In this document: one piece after another, positions 12,101-24,100 of the stretch
Position numbering within the stretch: position 1 is the stretch's first letter
Layout: each line of letters opens with the position of its first letter
DNA from: Phoronis australis
Taxonomy: Eukaryota; Animalia; Phoronida
NCBI GenBank assembly: GCA_002633005.1
Contig: NMRA01001201.1
Coordinates: 1-39,488 of the forward strand
Direction: 5' to 3'
DNA: 39,488 nt
Made by a program: the position numbers and the translations under genes
Notes under the pieces: generated by a model
The model's input: only the letters and a program-made list of their open reading frames with translations
What the model was told of the DNA's origin: nothing
Database searches by the model: none

Positions 12101-15100
12101 GGCGTCCCTGGATTCAGGTCAGGAACGGTAAACTTCCGGATATTTGGTTTCACGGGAACTGATGACGGCTTCTCATGTGAAGCATTCCAAGACAACTAAA
12201 AGAGCAGATAACTTGTTGTAGTTGACAGTATTTTCTGGACAGTTATCATTGAGATGAAACTTTCTGTATGTATGCCATGAAAGTACAGCGGCATAACATA
12301 CATAACTTATCATTTAGCACACGTTTCTCAACTGCACGATGTTCCTCTTCGAAAAAAATGTGTTTAAACAACCTGCAAAATCAATTGTTTGAACAGATCA
12401 AGGTCACGAACCATAACACAGAAATGAGTTCATTTTGGGACTGTTCTGGCTCAAGTCTGGAAGTGAATAACAGAAAGGTGCGGCAGAACGTGGTCTGAAA
12501 TACCAGATTGTTAGCGCGCTACCGTTGTCACGGAAATACATGTAGTTCCACGATCGGTAACCAATGGCCCCGTTCTACTTATCTTATAGAGGGAATACGT
12601 CAACGTGAATGTACGTAATTTCACATTTTTATTTTTTTGCTTTCTGTTGTATTATCATTTACAAAACAATCCATATATAATTGAGATACTTTTTAGTTAA
12701 CAGTCGGTTTCTCGCACTTTATCAAAAGCTTAAATTTGCCATTGTGATGAGCAGACGAGACGATTACACTCCGCCGCGAACGACCTTTGTAACGTTGGTA
12801 GGACGTTATTTTCATTTGTTCGCGTTATTTTTTTTTCTGCTTTGGCTTTCAGACTTGCCGGATCGACTCTCTTAATTGCAAAAAAACAGGCGGAAAAGCC
12901 GGCAGAGTTCACGGCCCAACTCACTGGTCCTGCAAGTCAGCGCTTGTTCTATGTTCAGAGAGAGTCGAACTTGTGTAGAATGAGTGTAGAGGATTGTGGG
13001 TCATGGGTCGACGGGGTAGTGGGTCGTGAGTTGGGGGGTCGTGAGATGAGGGGGTCGAGGGGTTTTAGAACAATCCTTAATTTTGCATCGTTTTTCTTGG
13101 TACTCATTATTTTATGATTCTTTCTTAATTCAATAGTTCAAGGTGATGATACAAGCATCTGATATGTGCTTCAAAGTTCCAGCGTACGATTGTGTGGCAC
13201 CTTTCAGACCCATTCAAGAATGCCATTCCGTTGTTGCGCATCTCAGTCCATGAATCTGCGTCTGATCACGTGTAGATGTCGCTCCAGTGTAGCCACATTA
13301 ACCACATAAAAGAGCTTGTTCGACAAAGATGTTAGTTTCGATAGGTTGTTTGCTTTCCCGTTTTGAAACTTTTTTGAAATATAAAGGGGCAATTAAATCA
13401 AATTTCAGGTTACTCAAATAAACAACAGTGAGGCAGCTTTGCAGCACATGCGCTGAAATGGTAAACAAATGGTCACAAGCACCGGTTTTCATTACTATAA
13501 TGTAACTACGGGGAGACAACATACCTTATACTCTGTTAAGACTCCATTTTTTCGACATGGTTCAACCCAGTGAACAGTCAATGAGTTTGGTGTTCTGTCC
13601 TTGCACAAAACGTTTTCTGGCATTTCAGGAACTGAAAATGGTGAAAGCGGTGTACATATTTAGCTTCTCGTCGTAATATTACATATGTGTAAGATACAAA
13701 CACTGCATATACTGTAAACGAGGGACACGTGTCTTTCAATTTTGACTGAATGACGGCAAGGAAAGGTCTTCTCCGGTCATTTCAGTGTCGTTAAGACTTT
13801 GGTAATTAAGCTGATATTCCCGTATGACGCCGTTAGGGGGACACGGTGGAATCCAGGCATAGGATTATTTGAAAGCCACAAGACGGATTTGTAGTAAAAG
13901 TACAAATGTTATTAGTCAGATACTTGAAAGTAACACTCACATCAAGTATCCGCAAGGTTTAATGCCATCAACTTCTACCATCATACATGTAGGCAATGTG
14001 TCATTGTAGTATTGGTGAATCCACAAGCAGAATGCATAAGGTAATGTTCTCAAAGTGAAGAAGTCCGTGTTGAATTATAATATTTGTAAATGCCAAACAA
14101 TATGCCTCAGTCATCTTTCGTTTTTTTGTAAATCGTACTCGAATGAATAATAATGAACTTAATATCTTAAGGGTTAATGAGCACAAAACGCTTTCCTAAA
14201 AGTCTGTCAACTGTCGTTATAACTCACCCTCCTCTCTCGTAGTAAATATAACGTCATCACTCCAAGGTCCTGCACCAGCAGCAGTATAAGCACGAACTCG
14301 TACAGTGAATGGGATGCCGGGATACAGGCCAGTTATATCCGTTTTAAGTTCGGTAAACGTTCCGTTCTTGTTGATTGAAGCAGAGGAACAAGTGGTCCTG
14401 TCGTTAGTAATCATGTATTCGTGGTGAGATATAACTCCATTTCTGTCTTTACAGTTCATCTTAGAGACTTTGATTGACAGTGATCGAGTGCCCTCGGTGA
14501 GGCTAGTTACGGAAACCTTGCCCGATGGTGCTAAAGACAATATTTAAATGAAGATTGCATTAATTATTGTCAGCCATTCAGGCGAGGTATGCATGTACAT
14601 CGTTTTCAAATTTTATGAATGCACGATGACGCCAACAAGCAAATAGAATCATCGGAAATATGAATATCCAAAAGGGATATTACTGGCAAGTAAATGTGCT
14701 CTTTGTATTTCAGTGATGTCATTTTTTCGTAAAAATCACAGAAGTTATTGGACAGCTGTTTAGCGCAGATCGCCTTCCCATTTATCAAGAAGGTTTCGTA
14801 CCGTCGTATTTTCCTAAATTTGTCCGTTGTAATTCGATAAAAAAATCCGTGTAAAGCACGCTAAGAGACGTCCGTATTCGTACGTGAGCCGATTTTGCTA
14901 TAAGTCAAGAAGGGGACATCTTTGTGCCGTGGCGGGACTGCGGGATACATCTCTAAGGAGGCAGACCATTTTAAAGTGACCCAAAATAAACCCGCTTTCA
15001 AAGTGAATTAACCTCGCAGCTGGCATCCCACTTGTAATGACGTATTCCTAGCTTATAAGCAATAATTATTGGTCTCACACCCTTTGCAAAAATTAATAAC

Positions 15101-18100
15101 AGTGATATCAAGCTATCCGTTTCTTTAACATTTTCGTCGCCCTCACCGTATTCAAGGGTACTTCCGTTTATTAACCTTTCTTCACCCAAAGATTTTGTTT
15201 TAGCAGCAACCTTTATCTCGTATTTTGAGTTTGGTTTGAGAGTCCTGATATCCTTTCTCGTTGAGTGAAGAATTTCCGTGACTTCATCTCCACTGTGTCC
15301 GACTGTGCACTGCAAGACTTTGACTAGTCTATAAGTAAGCCGATATCCTTCAATGGGACATCCATTACTTTCGGGCTCCTTCCATACGACCGTTAGTGAA
15401 GTGTTGGTGGCGCTGCCAGTCTCAATACCGAGATCCTGTACATGAGAAGGCGCTATAAAAGAGCACATTCTTCTCATGATAACTATTATGTAGTACGCAT
15501 GCCATCGAGACTCTCATATGATCTTCTGAATGACAAAAGTAGCTGCAAAACAAATTGAAGTAATTATATACGCCTTTTTTTTCTGCCTCAACAGAAACAG
15601 GCTTCTACTACACAATATCCATGTAAAATTGATTGATTACTTGATTGATTGATTGATGAGTTCTTGAATTGAATAAATAGTTACAATGATTTCATTTTAA
15701 AAACTTCAACAGGCTTGAAGAATCATGCCTTTTGTAAAACATGCAAAGGTGCAAAAATAATATTTTACTCTAACACAATACTTATATTATTCCTTATTGT
15801 TAAATTAATAGTTAATCAGATTATTGGTCTGCATAACGTTGACATTCTTAAACTGGCGTGAAAATGTATATCGAAAACACTATTTTAAGTTTCGTCATGA
15901 CGCCTCCTGTGACGCGTCACGTGACCCAATGAATATAAGTCGAAAGATTTGTACCCAGGGTTATAATTACTTGGTTATGTGACTTTGTCACAGGTGGCGT
16001 GCAGACCAACCTAAAAACATTTGGGATATTATCATATTTCATACACACCATATTTTCGTCACATCGCGTGACCAACAGTTGAGCCTGAAACGATCTTTAC
16101 CATCACTTTTCAGGCTTTATCAATAAGTCATTTGATATCACAAACATATGACAGTATAAAGAAGAGTAAATATTACGTATGCACTATGAACGCACTAATT
16201 TATGTAATACACTTACATGTATATACATACTTATTAATCTTCGAATTTTATATCCGTAAGAAACTAATTTAATGTAACTTTTGAAATCTTATCGAAGTAT
16301 CTTAGCCTCAGTCTATATTTCTGAACATGGAAAACCAGTAAAATTGATTTTTCAGACTTTTTAACAATAAGTCATTAATTAGGTCACGTGAGCATGTCAG
16401 AAAATCCATAGACTTTCTAAATCATAATTTCGTTTTCACTTTATGCAGTTTTTATTTGCAAAATCAATTCCCATCGTCGTTTTCATGGGAACCCTGCTGA
16501 AAGCATAGATGTAACATCTGCAAGTTGTATAAAAATCCAATCAGCCATTGCCGAGATATATTTTTCAAAGATTTGGAACTTTTCTTGGGTTCTACATAAA
16601 CATTTAGAGTTCGCAAGTTTAAGGTTGGCCAACTTCAATAAAGTCTCTTTCGCTTCCTTGAATCTGATCATGTTTTCGATGTTCTTTTGTATGCAGAAAT
16701 AGAATTCTATTACGGTAAGACACACTACGTGACCAGTTTTAACGTACCAATTGTATTTCCGTTTTAGCCAGCTAAATAGGGTGAGAGGAAGCTTTAACGA
16801 CTCAAATGAAACACACGTAATAAACACGAGTGTCCGAATACAAAATGAAAATTTCACGACAAACAAAATGCCACCTGTAATACACAAGTCCTTACTAAAT
16901 ACAATGTCATACATTTCATTCTCACACCAGCAACAACCTGTGCATGACACTGGAGAAAGTAATTAACCTCAGATAAGTACCTTTATTTCGGCTGGTGATG
17001 TTCTTTTCGCGGGACACTGTGGTCATGTGCTTATTGAATGTCCTGACTCTTACTCGCCAGTTGGTGCACGGTGCCGTGTATAGTGAAGCACTACTCGATG
17101 TAATGTTGGACGTACTCTTCCATGTGGTATCTGTTCTGTTGATGTACTCTACTACATACCACCCCGGTGTACCACACCTCCATCCAGTTTCCTGAATGTT
17201 GCACATTTGAGCAGTTTTAGCAGAATGACAATCAACAAAATATAGGCTTTTTCGTAAACATTAAAACAACGTGTAAATGCAGGAGTCTGCGTATAATGAG
17301 TGTAGGTAAGTCCCACAATATGGGCAATTGCTGTTGATATTGGTGAAGGCAAAAACAGATTATTGCTAAACTCTTGGAATCGTTGAAATGAATGGAATCA
17401 TCTGAATTTAGGTGATCACACAATAAAGGAATACGTTTGAATCAACCAGCGTCAGTTGTGTATTTAATATCAATTCTCGCAATGTAATAGCTTGCTGTAG
17501 CTAACAGCTGAGTCGCGTCTTCATTATTTTACTTACGACCAAACGGATGCCATTTCTAGAGACACAATCATCAATTAATTATGTAAAGGGACGAGTATCC
17601 CAGAAGCAAGGCTCTGGCAAAGCCGGGTGAACTTATGTGAACATTTGCTTTCATACATGGGAATATCTCGCGAAGTATTGGGTAGTCGTTAAGGAACACA
17701 CGCCCGGTCTAACGTATTACCAAAAACCACTACAGTTCTTAACAAACTATGAATATACCCGAGGACGATAGCAAGTAAGAAAAAATAAAGACTCGTATAA
17801 CGATGCCTGGAATTCAGCAGATCATTTTTCAAACCCAATGTTTAGTCTTCTATTTAAAATTTGTAAACAATGAAGTCTTACTGGCCAGTTTATGCCGATT
17901 GTGTTAACATCTGTGTTTGATAGACTTGGCTCTGAAGTCTCTGGCTCTGAAATTCAAAACATAGTAATGGTAACGTAAGTATATAGTACACTGTATGTAC
18001 CTGTACCCAGCATGCGGAAACAGATACTGGCTTATTTATAACTACTAACTTAACGGCTAAAGCGGACTGGCATGCAGTGGTGACAAAATCGTTTTCGAAA

Positions 18101-21100
18101 AATTCTATTTAGAGTATTTTGCTAGTTAAAATATAAGTTATTAAAATTCCCCTACTACTATAAGCAGCCAGTGTACCTCCACACACTTCCACTTCCGGAC
18201 TGGAGTTCCCAAGCAGATCACCTGCAACCTTTATCCGTATTCTCACCCAGTACACGTGACTCACGTCTGTGTTGGAGATACTATAAGTGAACGTTGGCTG
18301 ATTTGAGACGTTACTGACTTCTTCGGGAGTCCACACAGCACCACCAACTTTTTTGTACTCTATAACGTATTTTTCAACCGGTCCCACGCCATGATCCGTT
18401 CCACTCCGCCAGGCTGTCCAACGAACAGATAAAGTTGTTCTTGTTCTTGACACGACTGCTGGTGGATCTTTGAGTCTGGCAATTTCTATAAAAGTAGAAG
18501 GACGCACTCATACAGAGGGCTCTTACTTCAAATAAAATGTAAAAAGAATCTTTAAAGTCGATACTACACCTTTCTTTCTTTCCAATCTCGAAGAATAACG
18601 CAATTAAACAAAACCTGTTTGCTTGTTTGTCACTTAGGATTTGAAAAGGGCAAGGTGAGTATCGACTGAGCCACAGATTTTGCATGGATCCCGTCCAGTC
18701 GTTTGGTCTACATGTTGATGTGCGTTTTATGACGTATTTGGTAGATGTGTATTTCCTTGAACTCAAATTTCAAATATCCCAGGTAACGATGAAACTTCTA
18801 ATACGCCGTATTTGGAGATTAATTTACAGTACGATCATAATATTGTAAATTCAGTTCATATAAAACCTTATGGACAAGTCATTGTGTTTATTCAAAAAAC
18901 TTCAAAACTGTTTTCTGAAAGTAGCAGCCGGTAGAGTAGATTTATAACTTGATACAAATTCGCCATTAATTGGTAAAATGTAATAAAAAACCTACATTCG
19001 TATAAAATAACTGATTCGAGTACAAATCCTAATTTATTTTGAAATGTCTGCCCACGCTGAAATAGCAAAAGCAATGTTAAAGTTTTCCAGTTCATCATTT
19101 CGTTTTCTTTTCTTGCAACGTTTGGTTATTTCACAAAAAATCTTAAAGGCTCTGGTTTTATACACTGTAACCCTCATGCAAAAACAACACACTCTAAAAA
19201 CAATCCTTAAAAGTTTTGGGAGCAGTGCAACCACCAACATGTGCTGAAAGTTTCACACGAATCCATTTCCGAGAAAGTATGTTCCAACCTAAATCACATT
19301 TGAACAGTTTTCTAAGGTATTACACAACCATAAACGATTCATTGTTGTCGCAGGGTAGGCAGTAACTGTTTACAAACCTGTCTGACAGTACGGGAAAGTC
19401 ATGTACCCGGGAGCACACGCAACACTACAGAGGAGGCCAGTATACCGGTTACAAATGGTGCTGGTGTTACAATGGCCGCACTTTTGCTGACAATCTGCAC
19501 CGTAATACCCTTCTTGACATTCTGAAATGTGGAAGACGGAGATTGACAATAACACACTTTGGTGAACACTATAATTAATGACCTATTCACCAAAAGCAAT
19601 AAGACATATTTAATACGTGATATCTTACAAGCCCTTAAACATTGCAATACACAAGCTTGCTTTTGCTGCGACGATCTAGAATGTGAAAGAAAAGGCATCT
19701 GGTTTTGTATCACAACTTGAATCACTCTATCAGCTTCGATAGTGTAACCCTCCGCCGCGGACATCTGTGGATATTATACCGCTTTCCGAAAATGCATGCA
19801 TGCATACAAATATTTAACAAATACACATACACACACGCACATCATGCACACACACGCGCATAAACATATTAATGAGAGTGTAGGAACGGAGTGCAGGCAA
19901 ATAATATAGATCCAAGTCACTTTATTGAATTGTAGTTATCCTTAAATTTCGTTCTCCTTGTTTTTGTATACGAACCGTATGGACAATGTTTCGAAATGTT
20001 GTTTTACTACAGTCTCATTATGAAAAATACTGGGAGAATAAGCCGTACCATGAGGATCAGTTTTCATGTGTTTTATATCCTGTGTTACATCATATTTCAC
20101 ATTGATGTTGTACTCTGTGAAATCTATGAGCTTGTGGATGTGTTTGTATTGTTTATGTGTTGTTTTGTGTGGATGTGGTGTGAATGGGTCAGGATTGTAC
20201 GGCTATGTTTTTTTTCGATATTTGATTGTAGTTTGATGCATATGCATATGCATAACAGTTATAATGATGACAGGCGAACTTAAAATAACCTCATAGAATT
20301 GCAGAGGGCTGGGTCTCCATGAAAAACGAAAGGATGTTCTCAATTATTTAGGAGAAAAACAGTACTCCATTTGTTGCCTACAGGACATACGCTTTACTAA
20401 AAGAGGAGAAAATATTAGATCGATGTGGGTATATGAATGTTTTTTTTTTACAATTCAAATACATCAAACCTCAGTGGTGTGGCGATCCTCTTTAAGAAAA
20501 CTTTTGGATATAAATTGCATAACATTATGCAAGATTACAATGTAATAACCTAAGTTCGATTATTACTATCAACGAGGCAAGAATAACGTTAATTAATACA
20601 CATTGTCCAAATAGGGAAAAAATAAAACAAGAAATTCAAGATATAAGAAATTACTTTGTTATTCGGGCAGGCGATTTTAATCTTGCTCTCGATAAGTCTA
20701 AGGACACGTTTAATTATGGACAGGTTAATAACCCGAAGTCACGGATTAAGTTGACGAACATTTTTATAGTATTGTCTATTGCCGATGTTGGGTGGAAGCT
20801 TAGCCCCAATAGTAAAGAATACACTTGGGGAGCTGGAAGTAAACGATCCAGACTAGATTATTCTTCTAATTTCAGAAACCTTTTGACGACTCCGTTATAG
20901 AATTTGGTTACCTGTCCGAACATTCAATGGTTTTATAAGAAGTGATTTTCCAGGAGGAGGAAATCATTTTGGAATTTTATTAGCTCTCTCGTAAAAAAAT
21001 GATTTCATTGCAACGGTCAAGGATACTATTAAATTTAGTAAAACAACAGTATATGACTGACGACATCCAGACAGTCGATGGTGCAAGTACATGTAATTCA

Positions 21101-24100
21101 GATTTCCAATTGTTTATAAATGATCAACTTTTTCTTGAAACATTGTTGATAGAGACTCGCGGCAAAACAATTTCCTTCTCTACTTACTTAAAAACGTGAT
21201 AGAGCTGAACAGCAACTTATCAAAGAAATAAGCTTGTTGGAAAAATTTCTAAGCCTTGATAAGGAACTACTGGAACAAAAATAATCAACTTGCCGAGCTA
21301 AGGCAAGGTAAGTTAAGAGGTCTTATGACTAGGTCGAGAGCAAGATGGATTGAAGAGGGTGAAAAACCTTCCAAACCATATATTACTGGTGCAGTTGCAG
21401 GAAATAAGGAACATTTGATTTCGCAATATGCGGACGACACATCAATGTACGTTGGTTGGGTCGAATTTGTCATTGACTAGCATACTGAATGTATTACATT
21501 TGTTTGGTAATATCTCCGGTCTCCAAGTGAATGTGGATAAAACAAAAGCCATATGGCTTGGAAGTAAAACTTGATGACGTGATTCCTACAAAAAGAACGT
21601 CTGTCTTGGATTTCTGGGGTGGATTTTGACACTCAATTGAATAGTATGACGCATAAGAACTTCACTGCAAGAATAACTGCGATTAAGTCTTAAACGCTGT
21701 TTGGGAGAGTAACTGTATATAAAACGTTAGCTATTTCTAAACTTAATTTTCTGTTGTCAAGTTTACTCGAAATGATAAAATTAAAGGAACTAAGGCTTGT
21801 TTAGCTATTGATCAAGGGGGATTTGAAGTGGTACATATGCATACTTTCAGCAAAGCTTTAAAACTCGCCATGACCCTTAGATATTTTGAAAGTCCTGTGT
21901 CTAAAAACGTTGAAATACTGTAATCACTCTAACCGTGCTTAAAAAACTTTGTTTCATTTGGAGATGACTTTATTAAGTCGACGTTAAATCTATTTGGCAA
22001 TTCCTACTGGCGCGAAGTATTTGTAAGTATATCTTTCTACAAGAAAATATTTTTTTTGTGAGTAAAGAGGACTTCTTGAATCAACCTTTGTGGTTTAATA
22101 GTAACTTGGCGATCGGAGGCACATGTGTTTTTATAAGCTTTGGTTTGTAAAAGGCTTAAGACTTATCAGAGATACGTTACCTCTGATGGTGATTTCGCTA
22201 GTTTAAATCATATGATAAATGGGTTTGATGTAAAAAACAGAAATTAATGGCGTTGTTTCTGTTTTAAGAATGTTTCAAAAAAGTATATTAAAATTCGTTT
22301 TCGGGGTTCTAATTTATGTTCCCTTTGTAATAAACTCCAGGGACGCTGTCACATTTACTTTGAGAATGTTGCCTTGTACAAGTTTTTGGAAGAAATTCAG
22401 AAAACTACTTCCAAAGTGTCTCATTGAGCTTCCCAACTGTCTGTCTTAGGATCGACTTATTCTTGGGTTTTATGAGACGCGAGATTTCGTATTTAACATT
22501 TTGGTTTTACCAGCACTAGAACTGCATGGCGTACATGACTGATTAGAGGACCACGTTTTACGAATTGGCACATTACCGACAAGAAATTAGGTCCAAATTT
22601 GCAAAATGGTCCACCCGACCGAAATGAAATCAAAATTTGACACATAAATAGCGAAAAATTTCGAATGCACCATGCAATTTTGATATTATTTTCACTTTTG
22701 TATTTTGGACATTGATAACTTTCCTGTGACGTACGTTTTTGTCTTCGAAGTAAAAAGATAATTTTCGGTTTGACTGTTTCACACAGTCTCGAACCCTTAA
22801 TTTAAAAGAATTTTTATCAATTGCCTTGAAATATGGTACAAAATGGAACGTTTTATTAAGAATCATATAAATTATTCATGTCAGCCTAAAAAGTGTCTCT
22901 AAGGTTGTCAAACGTTTTGGGTATTGGCGCTATGCAACTATGTCATCACTTGTGCCTGTGTAATCTCTGGCCCACGGTCAGTTATGAATGCTGAATGAGT
23001 GAAATAGTATAATGAACATGTCAGACAACATCATGGTCCCTGAAATGTTGATTCCCATTGATTCAGATCTTTCTTAAAACCATTATAAATGTAATGTAGA
23101 ATGCGCAACGATGGTTCATTTTTGTACAAAAATGAAGAGAACCTATTTGACAGATTTTTAAAATATGTTTACATATCCAAGGTATATCCAAAAACATAAA
23201 TTTTATTGTCCATAGCCCGGCAGTTTGACTTGTGAAAGTACTTGAGTGACACCAACTTTCAACAATACATAAAAATGCTTACGGATATACATCCAGTGTC
23301 ACGTGATGAATGCAGCAAGATCATTAATATCAATTTCATATGGTATTCCTCGTATCCCACTTCCTAGCCCCGTTATGTGTTTTCTCTCGTTCTTTTGATA
23401 TTGGAAAGTTCCTGTTATCAGTATGCAAAAACGTGTCATTTTCATGGCAAACATGTCAGGGTCCTTCGGTAAAAGCTAAGGGGTCAATAAGTGCAACATT
23501 GGTGATTTTTGTATCAGAGCCACACCATGATCACATACACTACGTTTAAGATGAATCTGGAAGATGATCCCTTCAGTGATTTTTTGATATCTTTTGATTT
23601 TCTCGTGGAATGGCTTGTTACATTTAATACTGTTTTTAACCAGAGTAAAACCTGTGACACGTACATACATGCATGCTAGATGTTGTGATCCGCCACGTCA
23701 ACAGTCTGAATGAAGTATTTAAATGTCATCAGAAAAAAATAAACTTAAGAATTTAAAGCATATTGAATACATGTAAATAAAAATTACGTGAATTGGCATA
23801 CGGCATTATTCCGCGTATCAGTCTCTACCTGCGGTCTCGGGCGAAACGCGGATTAATGTCTGGTGGGACATTATTTCACCCACTCCACTTTCGGCATGTT
23901 TTATGAATGAATCCATGGATAGTTCTCAGATTTATCCATGCAACTTTTTGCCGTCGGAGTTGCAGACCGCAGCAAAGCAGCAAAACGTCAGTGATATTGG
24001 AAGGCAGAAAACAATTAATGCAGTCAATATCAAAAACAACACGAGAAATTTCCACTGAACGAACACGAGGCTATAGTTTTGCTAAAAATCGCGAGATTCA

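Noticed and set aside
15850-16500. Cluster of tcacgtgac (E-box-like) motifs as a regulatory module
   Set aside because: More likely subterminal motifs of a decayed repeat; boundaries and function cannot be supported from sequence alone.
16483-16950. 155-aa minus-strand ORF
   Set aside because: AT-rich intronic sequence with no motif; the flanking exons join without it.
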